The notes: generated from the sequence alone by a model not told the origin. A stretch of DNA of 64,000 nt from Octopus vulgaris (GCA_951406725.2 OX597828.1:43338001-43402000); one strand, 5' to 3'; positions 1-16,200 are shown, counted from the stretch's first letter. Made by a program: numbers and translations.

Positions 1-155
1 TGTGAATATCCTCACGACGGACTGGCACCCTCTTATGATAAATGTTGTGATCTTTATCACACGTATGCCATGGAAACCGGTTACGTGGGCCTAAAAGCAC
101 TACGAGTAATGTCGAAGTGACTTCGTTCCATCTTTTTGCTTCCTCCATCCTTTTA

Positions 156-204
<49 letters not shown>

Positions 205-314
205 AATTTTCATGTCTTATGGGACATAATTTTACATTAGAGTTACCTCTAAACATATCTTGTCGTAAGTTGTCTGATAACTGTAAGTCCTTTATTTCTA
301 TGTGTATATTTATA

Positions 315-878
<564 letters not shown>

Positions 879-1039
879 TACCTACTATAGGTGTCATTTG
901 TTTGTTTTCACTACCTCCCTTTATCTTCGCTCACTTATTCCCAGCAGCTGTTTGCTGTTGATGCAAACAAAATGAACATTCTTATCGTTTAAGGTGCGAA
1001 ATCGTTATGATTTCTGGATGAAAGCTGATGAGGGAAGAG

Positions 1040-1591
1040 GATGCGACGGCGACACCACTGACACGATACTTGCACGTCGTAAAGTTGCTGAGAAAGCTCG
1101 TTAGATACGTCATAAACTGAATATAATTTTGGCAGATTTGACCAAAGCATATGGATCTGTCGTATCATTTTTTATGGCTAGCTTTCACAAATTGGGTACG
1201 GCGTATAAAACATCTGATGATATTAGTTTCATTGATTCAAGGATTAAAGTGTCTGTTTTATCAGACGATCAGCTTTCGTCCTTTTTTGACTATTCGAACT
1301 GCACAAATCAAGATTGTGCCTTGGCGCAAGTTCTTTTTGCGATTTTCTTTGAAGTCATGTTACACCATGCTTATGGCGGCCTCTGTTCATCTGCAGATTT
1401 CCAATTCCGTAACTGTAGCGGACACTTGAACCAGCATCAGTTTAAAGGCAAAGTATTTGTTCGAAAGGCAATGATACGGGTTTTCTTGTTTGGTGATAAG
1501 CCTGTTCTTGTTGCAAAATCTATTGAAGCAGCACAGGAACTTGTGAATCAGTTCTCTAATAAATGAAGCTTTCCCTGTTACCATCAGCGTT
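1040..1591 (+). mobile_element. Decayed RTE-clade LINE reverse transcriptase fragment, 5' part
   Basis: TTDTILARRKVAEK, ADLTKAYGSV, QDCALAQVLFAIFF and LFGDKPVLVA resemble RTE motifs STTDMIF..RQLQEK, DLTKAFDSV, QGCVLAPTLF and LFADD. Confidence 0.8.
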
Positions 1592-1956
1592 AGTTAGTTA
1601 GTTAGTTAATTTTTTTGCTCAAAAAGCAAAAAGCAAGGCCATGTAGGGGGACATGGAGTTATGTACAGGGTGGTGTTCATGTAAAGAGTTCAGGCCACTT
1701 GAGGTCAAGGGAGACTTTGAACTGAGCGGTCGTCGGCATCTTCCCCATCACGTCTGGCAGCTTATTCCACGGATCCGCAACCCGGACGGAGAAAGCCCCT
1801 CTCCTTCGATTGAGATGAAATCGTCGCAGATAGAGCTTTTCGGAATGACCCCGCAGCCGACGCTCTGGAGCAGGAGTGAAGAACAGCTCTTTCGAGAGGT
1901 TACACTTTCCGCTTATGATGTGAGCAAGAATGAGATCTCCACGGCGTCGTCGTTGA
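1592..1956 (-). mobile_element. CR1-clade LINE 3' end (5'-truncated) nested in the RTE fragment
   Basis: Open frame RRRRGDLILAH...RRLRGHSEKL...FSVRVADPWNKLP...FKVSLD ends at TGA 1677-1679, then a short UTR and (TAAC)n tail. Confidence 0.88.
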
Positions 1957-2320
1957 AACGAACGAATTCATACACCTGCCAAGGCTTATGCTCATTCAAA
2001 TCCGAACTATAAAACAGCAACAACCAGTTAATCAGTTTCTCACCACTTCTACTATTATTGACGAAAAAGTCTGAAATATGTAAAGATTTTCACATAGCTG
2101 AGGCGCAATGTGAATTCAAGTGCCTCGCAATACAGTAATATACTCAACCGTCGCGTATCAACGAAACTACAGCAACTTGGTTACACGAACTGTGTGAGAA
2201 AATCTGTCTAAAATTGCCATTAAATCGCATTCTTTGTCGTCTTAAAACTACGACGGACACATTTGATAACGTAGTGCTAGGAATACTTATTTCTGGATGG
2301 TGGGAGACACCAATGTCAAG
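1957..2320 (+). mobile_element. Decayed RTE-clade LINE fragment, continuation after the CR1 insertion
   Basis: LKYVKIFT*LRRNVNSSAS and NVVLGILISGWWET resemble L..V..FTYLGS and AVVL..LLYGCETW. Confidence 0.6.
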
Positions 2321-3059
2321 ATGGCCTCCTCTGGTATGCATTGATCACAGATCTACCGGATCGGTTTGATGCAGTGACAAACAACCAAAAATATAGCCAT
2401 CGCCATCACCATCAACAATATCAATGCAACAACAACTACAACATAAGAAACAACAAGTAAAACATCCACTACAAAAAAAAGAAAAAAGTAAATAAAGAAA
2501 AGAATTAATTGTAAACTAAAGTCAAATAAAAACAACAACAAAAAAACGGAATGCAAAAAAAAAAAAAAGGAATTTTTGAATAATTTTCCAAAACTAAAAT
2601 ACCGAAAAATACAATATTTTTGATAAAGCAAAAGAATGGAAAAAGTGAATGTGTGGGGAGAGAACTAGAAACATAAAACCAAGGATAATAGCAAAAGTGA
2701 AAAATAAGAGGAAAAGATAGAGGAAATGTGAAGCCGGGGATAAGAAGGACTGCAAGAGATGAATTTCTTGTATTTTCATTGGTTCATTTGCTTTACGTTA
2801 TCAGCCAATCTGATTGGTTTATCTACTGTGTGTAGCGGTGTGTAGTTTGAGGTTTAAGTTTAGAGGTTATGCTCCAAGTCTCGGTGAGGGTTTGGTTTAG
2901 GTTTTCCACTTTGGGGCTTCTGGGGTTACGAACTGGATAAGGATTTTGATTGGTTAAATGTTGTAAACATTAAAAAAAAAAAAGTGAAAAAATATTCTTC
3001 TTTACTTATGTAAGTGTATGTTTATATAATTTTATTTTTTTTTACTCTCTCCTTTGCTC

Positions 3060-3393
3060 CTCACATATGTGTGTGCGTATTTTATGTATGTATGTATGTA
3101 TGTATATATATGTACGTGTAAATATGTATGTATATATATGTGCGTGTAAATATATATATATATATATATATGGTTGCATGTGTGTATGTACATATATACA
3201 TATATATATATATACACATATATATATATATATGTACATATACACATGCAACCACACACGTTCACACAGATATCTGTGTTTATGTAACTACATATGCATG
3301 TATATGTGTATTTCGGTTTGTTGATAATTGTATATATTTTTAATACGTGGTTGTTACTGCTGTTAATGTCCTTGTTCCTTGTATATATGTTCC

Positions 3394-3455
<62 letters not shown>

Positions 3456-3491
3456 TAGATAGATATATATACATATATATGTATAATTATG

Positions 3492-3534
<43 letters not shown>

Positions 3535-3620
3535 TAGATAGATATACACATATATAATTATGTATACATATATTATATATATATGTATATATATATATAT
3601 ATATACATATATTATATATA

Positions 3621-3655
<35 letters not shown>

Positions 3656-3665
3656 GTTTGTGTGT
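3060..3665. repeat. Compound (TA)n/(TATG)n microsatellite field
   Basis: Directly visible. Confidence 0.95.
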
Positions 3666-4099
3666 ATGACTGAGTATGTACGTGTACCAGAGTTTTTTAT
3701 GTGCTTGCGTCTGTTTTATGTGTACGTTTTTGTATCTGTATACGAATTTCTGCGTATGTGTGTGCGGTTTTAGTTCCATGTTGACAGGTGCACCTAAAAA
3801 GAAAGAAAGAACGAATGAGAGAAAGAAAGAATGAAAGAAAGGAAGAAAGAAAGACAAATGAAAAAAAGAATGGAAAATGACTTTGCTGTAAAATATTAGC
3901 CTCGGGGGAGTTACCATCTTGAGATTTCTATTTAATTGAGATGGAAGAAGTGTCAGGCAGAACGTTCTCTCAAACCTTCCATCTGCGTCACTGATGCTGC
4001 CAAAGGCACGTGTGGCAGATTATAGTTCTTCACCTGTATAATTAAACCATTTTTCCTGCAGCCAACACAGAAGCCACAGAGAAGTAGAAGGAGGTACAG

Positions 4100-4346
4100 C
4101 AGCAGCAACAACAACAAGAACAAAAAAAAAAAACAAAAATCCCCACATAGCAATAGCAACAATAATAATTAAAATAAGAATTAAACAACAACAGTAATGA
4201 TGATGATGATGATAACAGCAACAACAACAATGATAATAATAGGAATAGTAATAACAACAACGACAATAATAAAAATAATAAAAATAATAATAATAATAAT
4301 AGTAATAAGAATAATAATAATGATGATGATGATGATGATAATAATG

Positions 4347-4436
<90 letters not shown>

Positions 4437-4441
4437 GTATG

Positions 4442-4472
<31 letters not shown>

Positions 4473-4560
4473 GACGAAGAAGAAGAAGGAGAGGAGGTGA
4501 AGGAGAACAGTAATAACAACGAGGACAACAACAACAACAACAATAAGAAAGATAATATAA
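4100..4560. repeat. Compound trinucleotide microsatellite (AAC/ATG/AAT)n
   Basis: Directly visible; source of the poly-Y/L/I ORFs. Confidence 0.95.
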
Positions 4561-5009
4561 AAAAACAACAAAGAATAAAAATAACGGTAGCATGATCGGC
4601 TAAAAGAGGTGCGGCAGCAGTAGCAGGAGCAACAGAAACGACAGCAACTGAACCCCCCCCCAAACAACAGAAATGTCAGAAAGACCAGCAGTAAATGGAT
4701 GCAGAGGTAATAGCCGTTGTTAGGGTACTGCGGAATCAGTGGCGTTCCCTGACTGGCCCTGGTTGGACTGTCCCTTGTATCGGGAGGGACTATGTATTTC
4801 ATGTTATCATAATCTTTGTAGAATAAGTATACTTACTTCGCATTTCATCGTCTTCTTTTCTTTCGCGTCATCGCCTATGCAACGTACCACACAAATTGTT
4901 GACTGCCCTTTTCATGTCCTACATTATCCATATCCCTTAGGCTCATAAAAGAAATTATTATTATTATTATTACTATTATTATTGCCGTTGTCATTATTAT
5001 TATTATCAT

Positions 5010-5330
5010 CAATGTTGTTACTCTTAATCTACATCTTTGTTGCAGTCATTTGCTGAGACACACCCAGCGTCCTGAGGCGAGTGAAGGATAAAAGATGTTA
5101 TTATGGGGAGGGTAGACAGTGAAAGAAGTTTAAGTAATAGAACACAGACATTGAAATGGATAGGATTTTTCTAAGGATGTGGGCAGTACTTGTAAGCAAA
5201 ATCGTCTGGATTTCTCTGAGCCATGGTTCTCCTGGGATCTTATCTGGAGATTTCTGACATCCCTTTTTATCATAGCTAGGGCTCCTACAATAACAGGAAG
5301 AGTCTTCGTTTTAAGATGCCACATTTTTTT
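5010..5330 (-). mobile_element. R4/Dong-type non-LTR element 3' fragment
   Basis: MWHLKTKTLPVIVGALAMIK matches the RLE C-terminus of the copy at 6243; 3' end runs into TAA repeats. Confidence 0.75.
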
Positions 5331-5529
5331 GTATTTCAGTTTCCTCTTTGATTATTATATCCTACATTGTGAATATATTTGGATTTTGTTTATCTTGACT
5401 TTTATCCAATTAGTCCTTAATGCTTGATCATGTACTGCTGCTAACAAACTCTTTGTCTTCATTTTCAGCTTTCATTTCTGCAGCCATAACCATGTCTCAC
5501 TACAACTATTTGATGATGATGATGATAAA

Positions 5530-5625
<96 letters not shown>

Positions 5626-6163
5626 CTGGAAATACATGGTACAATCATCGAGTTGAGAGATTATTGGAGTCAGAGAAATATAAAATGTTGTGGGACTTAC
5701 CCCTTCAAACAGACAAGAAATTAGAAAACAAATAGACCAGATATTACGATCATAGATAAGGAAAGGCTGAGATGTTTACTTATCGACCCATTATGCCCGT
5801 TTGATTCTAGGATCGTAAAGAAAGAGGCAGAAAAACAAAGAAAATCCAATCCCCTAAAATTTGAAATAGGAAGAATTTGGAGCATGCGAACAGTAAAGGT
5901 CGTGCCTATTATAATTGGTGCGTTGGGAACGGTAAACCAAGCTATAGACAAATGGTTGAAGGAGATTGAAATACAATGCCCCGTAGAGCATCTACAGAAA
6001 GTTTGTCTCTTAGGGACAGCAAGGATTATAAAGAGGGTTCTAAGCAATTGAATGACTGCTGAAAATGCGTGGATACCTAAGGTTACAGGTAGTAACCACT
6101 ACCCACATGATCCCTACCAGGAATAAGACCAAACCTGAGCTTTGCTTCAAGAAACAGAAAGGA

Positions 6164-6164
<1 letters not shown>
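5626..6164 (+). mobile_element. R4/Dong-type RLE endonuclease 3' fragment flanked by (TAA)n
   Basis: WYNH..E..KMLWD..QTDK, frameshift, NRPDITIIDK...LLID...VVPIIIGALG...LQKVCLLGTARIIKRVL*; PD..D RLE motif. Confidence 0.88.
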
Positions 6165-6242
<78 letters not shown>

Positions 6243-6710
6243 TATATATAATCGATATAAACGTATCTGTCAAGACCTACCAAAAACTGAGCAAATATAA
6301 AGATCTTGAAATAGAAATCAGCAAAATGTGGAAGCTGAAGACTAAAACAATACCTGTTGTCATAGGTGCCCTGGGAATGATAGCAAAAGGGGCTGATAGC
6401 TACCTAACTCAGATACCAGGAAACCCAAAAATGGCAGAAGTTCAAAAGATAGTGCTCATGGGAACTGCTCATATCCTACGCAAAATACTCTCTATGTAAT
6501 CTCAAGGTTTAAAACAAACATAATTTTCGGTTTAAAAAAAAAAAAAACCTTTTTTTTTTTAGACATTCATTAGCACAACATCCCCAGCCCCCAAATATAT
6601 GGCACACTAGGCATAACAACACCATGAACTTCCAACCCTGTTGTCTCTTGAGGTCTCTGGGTGAGACTTGGAGCCAACTTGTACAAATATAAAGCAAAAG
6701 TCAAACATAG
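6243..6710 (+). mobile_element. R4/Dong-type 3' fragment (second family) flanked by (TAA)n
   Basis: KLSKYKDLEIEISKMWKLKTKTIPVVIGALG...QKIVLMGTAHILRKILSM* plus 3' UTR. Confidence 0.88.
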
Positions 6711-6729
6711 AATAATAATAATAATAATA

Positions 6730-7138
<409 letters not shown>

Positions 7139-7144
7139 TAATAA

Positions 7145-7345
7145 TAATCCTTTCTACTGAAGGCACAAGGCCTGACATTTTGTGGGAGGGGGCTAGTCGA
7201 TTCACTGGTACCTGATTTATCGATCTGGAAAGGATGAAAGGCAAAGTCGATAACGGTGGAAATTTGAACTCAGAACATGAAGCTCTATGAAATGCCGCTA
7301 ATCATTTCTCTCGGCGTACCAACGACTCTGCCAGCTCGCCGCCTT
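7145..7345 (-). mobile_element. SINE family B (Meta-like domain), tail type B2
   Basis: Head GGCGGCGAGCTGGCAGA, box B GAGTTCAAATT, domain TCGACTTTGCCTTTCATCCTTTC. Confidence 0.85.
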
Positions 7346-7346
7346 C

Positions 7347-7451
<105 letters not shown>

Positions 7452-7878
7452 TATAATAATAATAATGTCACCCTCCGCCTCAATTTCCTTCTGTCTTTGT
7501 TTTTGCTTCTAGGCCAATAAAGTTCCTATTACTGGAAGTTCTTCAAACTGACACACCTTTGTCACTACTAATTTTTTTCAATGTTTCTATTTTCACATGT
7601 CGTTTCCTATCTTTCTTTATTCTTAATGTAATCCAAATCAAACAATTCATTATTTATAAATATGCTCTACCGTCACTATTCCACCAATGGTGAGCTTTCG
7701 TCAACCTCGAAGCATTTTAGAATGCCAAAACATCAAATATTGTTCGTCTCTAACAATAGCAGGATGTCAATACAGCTGCTGTTTAATTCTGGAACTGCTG
7801 ACAACGTAAAATGTCACATTCGTAAGATTTTCTTTCTATATTTTTGCATTGAAGGCATTGTTACTTAAGAATTTTCAA

Positions 7879-8044
7879 GCAGGAGTGGCTGTGTGGTAAG
7901 TAGCTTTTTTAGCAACCACATGGTTCTGGGTTCAGTCCCACTGCGTGGGACCTTGGGCATCTGTCCTCTACTATAGTCTCGGGCCAACCAAAGCCTTGGG
8001 AGTGGATTTGGTAGACGGAAACTGAAAGAAACCCTTCGTATATT

Positions 8045-8086
<42 letters not shown>

Positions 8087-8212
8087 AGAGACCGATAGAA
8101 TAAGTACTGTGCTTACAAAAGAATAAGTCCCGGGGTCGAGTTGCTCGATTAAAGGCGGTGCTCCAGCATGGCGGCAGTCAAATGACTGAAATAAGAAGTA
8201 AAAGAGTAAAAG
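7879..8212 (+). mobile_element. SINE family A, internally deleted
   Basis: Head and tail present; body after (TA)n missing. Confidence 0.88.
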
Positions 8213-8552
8213 AGAGAGATATACAATTTATATTCGTAGAGATAACATTTTAATTTTTAGATCGAAATTAACTTTAGACCAAAGAAATTCGTTCATGATG
8301 TTCCCTCGGCGCAATCTTTGATTTCGTTTGCAAAGGAATATAAAGAGATGGAATTGCTGCCTGGGAAACCTTGAGATATCCATGTAGTAGCTGGACCTGC
8401 TTGAAAGAAGTATCAAACAATTCAGCTTTATCCAGATAATGAGTGATATGCAAAGAACTGAATATCGTTTAGTGCCCCAAAATAAATGCAAGCCTGAAAA
8501 TAACAGAATATGTGAAGTTTTTGAGGGAGGAAAATAAGAGTAAAATCTTTTT

Positions 8553-8762
8553 CGCAGGAATGGTAAGTAGCTTGCTTACCAGCCACATGGTTCCGGGTTC
8601 AGTCCCACTGCATGTCACCTTGGACCAGTGTCTTCTCCTATGGCCTCGGGCCGACCAAAGCCTTGTGAGTGGATTTGCTAGACGGAAACACGTCGTATAT
8701 ATATATATATATATATATATTTCTCTACCTGTTTCTCTCCTTATTTTTTTTTCGCAAACTTT

Positions 8763-8797
<35 letters not shown>

Positions 8798-9030
8798 TAT
8801 GTGTGTTTGTGTATCTGTGTTTGTCCCCCCAGCATCGCTTGTCAACCGATGCTGGTGTGTTTACGTCCCCGCAACTTAGCGGTTCGGCAAAAGATACCGA
8901 TAAATGAAGTACCGGGCTTACAAAGAATAAGTCCTGCGGTCGATTTGCTCGACTAAAAGCGGTGCTCCAGCATGGCCGCAGTCAAATGACTGAGACAAGT
9001 AAAAGAGTAAAAGAGTAAAAGAGTAAAAGA
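8553..9030 (+). mobile_element. SINE family A with a short foreign insert in its (TA)n
   Basis: Family match; about 45 bp of non-repeat sequence at 8722-8765. Confidence 0.88.
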
Positions 9031-9392
9031 ATTTGTACAGTGCGATCTCATAAAAGAAAAGCACTCTTACATTTTTTTTTTATATGAATGAAGGACATGA
9101 TCATGACTAACGTGGTTTTAATCATAAATCTGCTCCAACTTAACTGATTATGGGAAATTAAACTATAACGAGGTGGTAAGAATATTTGTTCAAAAATGCT
9201 ATATTTATCTCGCTCAAGTTTGAGAATGAAAGAAAAAAAAAAACCAAAATAAATCAGATAACTATGATGTTTCTATCAAGCCTCTAATAAATGGAGAAAT
9301 GGAATGAGTTATATCAATAACTCATAGAAAGGCAATAACAGCTACCGTATCAAAAAATTTATATCGACATCGAAGTGCGGAATTATTTTGAC

Positions 9393-9790
9393 GCGCAGGA
9401 GTGGCTGTTTGGTAAGTAGCTTGCTTACCAACCACATGGTTCTGGGTTCAGTCCCACTGCGTGGGACCTTGGGCAAGTTTCTTCTGCTATAGCTCCGGGC
9501 CGACCAATGCCTTGTGAGTGGATTTGGTAGACGGAAACTGAAAGAAGCCTGTCGTATATATGTAAATATATATGTATATGTATGTGTGTTTGTGTGTCTG
9601 TGTTTGTCCCCCTAGCATTGCTTGACAACTGATGCTGGTGTGTTTACTTAGCGGTTCGGCAAAAGAGACCGATAGAATAAGTACTGGGCTTACAAAGAAT
9701 AAGCCCCGGGGTCGATTTGCTCGACTAAAGGTGGTGCTCCAGCATGGCCGCAGTTAAATGACTGAAACAAGTAAAAGATAAAAGATAAGA
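9393..9790 (+). mobile_element. SINE family A, near full length
   Basis: Family match. Confidence 0.92.
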
Positions 9791-9974
9791 GTGTACCTTG
9801 TTGTCGTTAAGTTCCCGAGATAAAACATTATAGAGCAGTCGTATAAAAAAATTAAATAAAATAAAGCTTTTATGCTACTACCATTTTTTTCTCCTCCCGT
9901 ATCTGGGATAACAATAACTAATGTGTTTCGCCCATTTCAAAATATGAGATAATTCTTAGGAGTTTTCATATATA

Positions 9975-10250
9975 CGCAGGAGTGGCTGTGTGGTAAGTAG
10001 CTTGCTAACCAACCACATGGTTCCGGGTTCATGGTGTGTGTCTGTTTGTCCCCCTAGCATTGCTTGACAACCGATGCTGGTGTGTTTACGTCCCCGTCAC
10101 TTAGCGGTTCGGCAAAAGAGACCGATAGAATAAGTACTGGGCGTACAAAGAATAAGTCCCGGGGTCGATTTGCTCGACTAAAGGCGGTGCTCCAGCATGG
10201 CCGCAGTCAAATGACTGAAACAAGTAAAAGAGTAAAAGAGTAAAAAGAGT
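9975..10250 (+). mobile_element. SINE family A, deleted from box B to the body
   Basis: Family match. Confidence 0.88.
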
Positions 10251-10309
10251 ATACAATAAGCTGTATGTATACAAAGCTAGTATTCATTATCTTCAAATGT
10301 CAATCTATT

Positions 10310-10662
10310 TTCCGTTTGTTTGTTTCAGTCATTTGACAGCAGCCATGCTGGGGCACTACCGTGAAGAATTTTTAGGCGAATGCTTCGATCCCAGTATTTA
10401 TTGTCTTTTAAAGCCTGGTAATTATTCTATCTTTCTTGCTGATCCGCTAAGTTGCAGGCTATCAAGCAAGCGGTGGTGGAGAACAATCAAAACACAGTAA
10501 CAAAAAGACACACAGACACGACTGGCCTACCTCTGTTTCCGTCTACCAAATGTACTCAATAAGCTATATTAGAAGACACTTGCCCACAGTACCCCACAGC
10601 GGAATCGAACCCGGAATCATGTGCTTGGGAAGCAAGCGTCTTACCGCACATCCATGCCTGCG
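10310..10662 (-). mobile_element. Old diverged SINE family A copy
   Basis: TTTCAGTCATTTGAC, CCGTCTACCAAAT and GAAGACACTTGCCCA landmarks in order. Confidence 0.75.
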
Positions 10663-11222
10663 CCAGAACAAACACAGCTCTCTAGGTATATGACGTATCA
10701 ACCTAATAAAATGCAAATTATCTCTCGTGTGTGTCTGGTTACAAGCAGTAACACTGCATCTGTAGTCCACATTTGAGATTATTGTAACAACCCAATCAGT
10801 CTAGATGTAACTCGGTACCCAAAGATGTTCCGGGTCACTGCAGCAGCAATCGACCTATTATTATTGTTTAGTTTCAGATCGTAAATTTAATTTAGATAGT
10901 AGACTTGATCTGTCACGCAGTTTGACACAATCACTTGGTGTGTTCCGTTTTTCTTCTTCTTTTTGGCGGGTGGTGAATAACATTAGTTCACTCTGGAGCA
11001 AGCAATCGCATAAGGTCCTTAGTTGGACGACATCTAACTTCTACCCACCTTTACAGCAGAACAGGGAACTCTGTGAAGCATCACGGGCACTATATATCCT
11101 GTTGATTAAACGATAAAATGAAAGCGACAGACGTGATATAAAAGAGCATTGTGATCCGAACCATAAGAGCTTTGATCACCCCGTCTTCTTGTATGTTTTT
11201 GTATATATATATATATATCTAA

Positions 11223-11704
<482 letters not shown>

Positions 11705-12216
11705 AATGTGTAATGCCATTTATAAAACGAAGGGTGTAATGCAAGAGAGATTTGGTTATTATTTTAAAAAGATCAATTGACGGCATTCATGCTCTGTTAT
11801 TGGCTCAAATGTATTTATGCGTTTCTTTATGGCGTGTAAAAGCGTCAGATCATAATTACATTTGGAATAGAAATGTAAAAATGAAATTGTTGTTACATTT
11901 GATGTTTAGTACCGAATCATCCATGATCGAGCTGTAGGACAATATATCCCGCAAAAGAGTTGCTTTAAAAGCCGGGCATGTCAGGCAGTAGTCCCGATGC
12001 TTTGCGGATATATAAGCCCAATGCAAAATTAGTGTGTGCTCTGGGGTTGTATGTATAAGTGCAAACGTATTACTTTAGTTAGGAACCAACAACAGTCAAA
12101 ACGGCCTTGCCTAGCATCTGTTACTTATACAAATAGAAAAAGAAAAAGAAGAGAAACAAGCTGACGTGACTTAAGCAAAAACTAAGCAAAAACTAACTAC
12201 ATTCAACCGAAAGTAG

Positions 12217-12424
12217 TACTCTTTTACTCTTTTACTTGTTTCAGTCATTTGGCTGCGGCCATGCTGGAGTACCGCCTTTAATCGAGCAAATCGACCCCAG
12301 GACTTATTTTTGTAAGCCCAGTACTTATTCTATCGGTCTCTTTTGCCGAACCGCTAAGTGACGGCGACGTAAACACACCGGCATTGGTTGTCAAGCAATA
12401 CTAGGGGGACAAACACACACACAA

Positions 12425-12485
<61 letters not shown>

Positions 12486-12650
12486 TATGACAGGCTTCTT
12501 TCAGTTTCCGTCTACCAAATCCACTCACAAGGCTTTGGTCGGCCCGAGGCTATAGCAGAAGACACTTGCCCAAGATGCCACGCAGTGGGACTGAACCCGG
12601 AACCATGTGGTTGGTAAACAAGCTACTTACCACACAGCCACTACTGCGCA
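12217..12650 (-). mobile_element. SINE family A
   Basis: Family match. Confidence 0.92.
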
Positions 12651-13166
12651 TGCATACTGAAATTTTACAGAAGTCAAGCAACGGTAATTATTATCCTTGT
12701 GGCTGTTGTCGCCATTTTCATGTCACCGAAAGTTAGTTTCCATCGAAAACGTTAATAAAATATATTTCATAAAGCCACTGAGTGTATGCGATCCACAGTC
12801 CTAATGTCCTAGACATACTGTACATGCATGGATCCCTAGATACACCTTACTTGGACTGAAGACTACAAGAATAATTCATTTATTCTTTTACTCATTTACA
12901 TGTGTTAGTCATTTGACTGCGAACAAGTTGAAGTACCATAATGGGTCTTGAACCCGGAAACATGTCTTTGGAAAGCAAGGTTCATAACAAAGAGCCACGC
13001 CTGCGCCTAGCGGAGTAACTTAACAGAGTAACTTAAGATCAGAGAGTTTCGTGCGTTGGCACTTAAATATATATATATATACACGTGCATATACATATAT
13101 ATGCATATATATATAATTACATGTATATACATATATACATATATAAGCAAATATGTATACATATAT

Positions 13167-13222
<56 letters not shown>

Positions 13223-13327
13223 ACATATATATATATATATACATACATACACACACATATATATATATATATACACATATATATACATATATATATACAT
13301 ATGTATATATATGTGTATATATATATA

Positions 13328-13381
<54 letters not shown>

Positions 13382-13579
13382 TATATCCAGGATTTTGGTG
13401 CTTGTATACCTCCATTCTTGACGGGAGGATCAATATTACAATACAATACGTATTTATGTTTTGTGTTCCATATTCTTCCTTGCATTACCAGACCTATGTA
13501 TGTAAATAAAATATAAGCATGTAAATATCCATACAGCTATGCATATATAGTACATGCATGCATATATATATACATACAA

Positions 13580-13800
13580 GGCGGCGAGCTGGTAGAAACG
13601 TTAGAACGTCGGGCGAAATTCGTAGCCGTATTTCGTCTGTCGTTGCTTTCCGAGTTCAAATTCCGCCGAGGCACACTTTGCCTTTCATCCTTTCGGGGTC
13701 GATAAATTAAGTACCAGTTACGCACTGGGGTCGATGTAATCGACTTAATCCCTTTGTCTGTCCCCTCTGTGTTAAGCCCCTTGTGGGTAGTAAAGAAATA
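13580..13800 (+). mobile_element. SINE family B, tail type B1
   Basis: Full head, Meta-like domain, tail CCCCTTGTGGGTAGTAAAGAAATA. Confidence 0.9.
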
Positions 13801-13889
13801 TATATACATACATACATACATACATACATACATACATACATACATACATACATACATACATACATACATCATATGTATATTTATATATA

Positions 13890-14294
13890 GGCGCAGAAGT
13901 GGCTGTGTGATAAGTAGCTTGCTTACCAACCACATGGTTCTGGATTCAGTCTCACTGCGTAGCAGCTTGGACAAGTGTATTCTATTATAGCCTCGGGCCG
14001 ACCAAAGAATTCTGAGTGGATTTGGTTGACGGAAACTGAAAGAAGCCTGTCGTATATATGTATATGTATATATATATGTGTGTGTGTGTGCTTCTGTGTC
14101 TGTGTTTATTTCCCCCAACATCGCTTGACAACCGATGCTGGTGTGTTTACGTCCCCGTAACTTAGCGGTTCGGCAAAAGAGACGGATAAAATAAGTACTA
14201 GGCTTACAAAGAATAAGACCTGGGGTAGATTTGCTCGACTAAAGGCGGTGCTCTAGCATGGCCGCAGTCAAATGACTGAAGCAGGTAAAAGAGT
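13890..14294 (+). mobile_element. SINE family A
   Basis: Family match. Confidence 0.92.
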
Positions 14295-14329
14295 ATATGT
14301 ATATACATACACACACACACACACACACA

Positions 14330-14371
<42 letters not shown>

Positions 14372-14617
14372 CAGAGATGGGGAGAGAGAGAGAGGTAGAC
14401 AGAGACAGACAGTCAGAGATAGAGATGTATATACATACATATACTTGTATATACGCATGCTATGTATTTATACATTACACATATATGTAAATATATTCTT
14501 AACATCGTGCATAAATAGATATATAATATGCAGACGTAATCTCATACATACGTACATGCATAAATGCACGAATGCATACATATACACATACATGAATACA
14601 TGCATATATATATATAT

Positions 14618-15072
14618 ACTCTTTACTCTTTACTCTTTTACTTGTTTCAGTCATTTGACGGCGGCCATGCTGGAGCACCGCCTTTACTCGAGCAAATCGA
14701 CCCCGGGACTTATTCTTTGTAAGCCCAGTACTTATTCTATCGGTCTCTTTTGCCGATCCGCTAAGTGACGGGGACGTAAACACACCAGCATCGGTTGTCA
14801 AGCAATACTAGGGGGACAATCACAGACACACAAACAAATACACACACACACACACACTTATATATATATATATATATAGATATATATATATACATATATA
14901 CATATATACGACAGGCTTCTTTCAGTTTCCGTCTACCAAATCCACTCACAAGGCATTGGTCGGCCCGGGGTTATAGCAGAATACACTTGCCCAAGATGCC
15001 ACGCAGTGGGACTGAACCCGGAACCATGTGGTTGGTTAACAAGCTACTTACCACACAGCCACTCCTGCGCCT
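14618..15072 (-). mobile_element. SINE family A
   Basis: Family match. Confidence 0.92.
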
Positions 15073-15090
15073 ATACATACATACATACAC

Positions 15091-15155
<65 letters not shown>

Positions 15156-15684
15156 CATGCATATATACATATACGCATGCTTACATGCATACATGCATAT
15201 ATAATATGTATATATATATATACATCGAAGAATAATTAAATGTAACTCATTCCAATATTATTAACGGTCTGGTTCCTTAAGCCAGAAAGAATAACTAATA
15301 TATTAGATATATGATAAACCTTATCAGTGTAAAATTACAGTCTAATTGAATGCATTATTGTTACATAAATATTTATTCGCCGAGATTCGCTAACGAAGGC
15401 AACTACAGCCGAGAGGACAATATGGCGTACATTGGCAAAGTTGCCGTTTGAAATCTAATACGTCACTGTACAAAGTAAGTGTAGCCTTGCTTTATTGAAA
15501 ATCATTTTGCTTTTTACTTTTGTTGTTTTAGTATGTGTCACTCAAGGCGTAACGTTTACACCTACTGAAAAAGAACTTGATTTTCTATGTATGATACGAT
15601 GAAACGGTTAAACACTGGAGTTTTAGATAAGATTCAGTTTCTCTTTACTTCGGCTATTGTTGCTGTTGTTTTGTTGTTGTCAAT

Positions 15685-16200
<516 letters not shown>

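Noticed and set aside
8-90. V-domain-like SINE fragment (CCTCACGACGGACTGGC)
   Set aside because: Truncated at the window edge and too short to classify
15388-15460. Hammerhead-like CTAACGA-AGGCAACT..AGTTGCC..GAAA
   Set aside because: Core G5 mutated, extra bases before GAAA, no stem I/III
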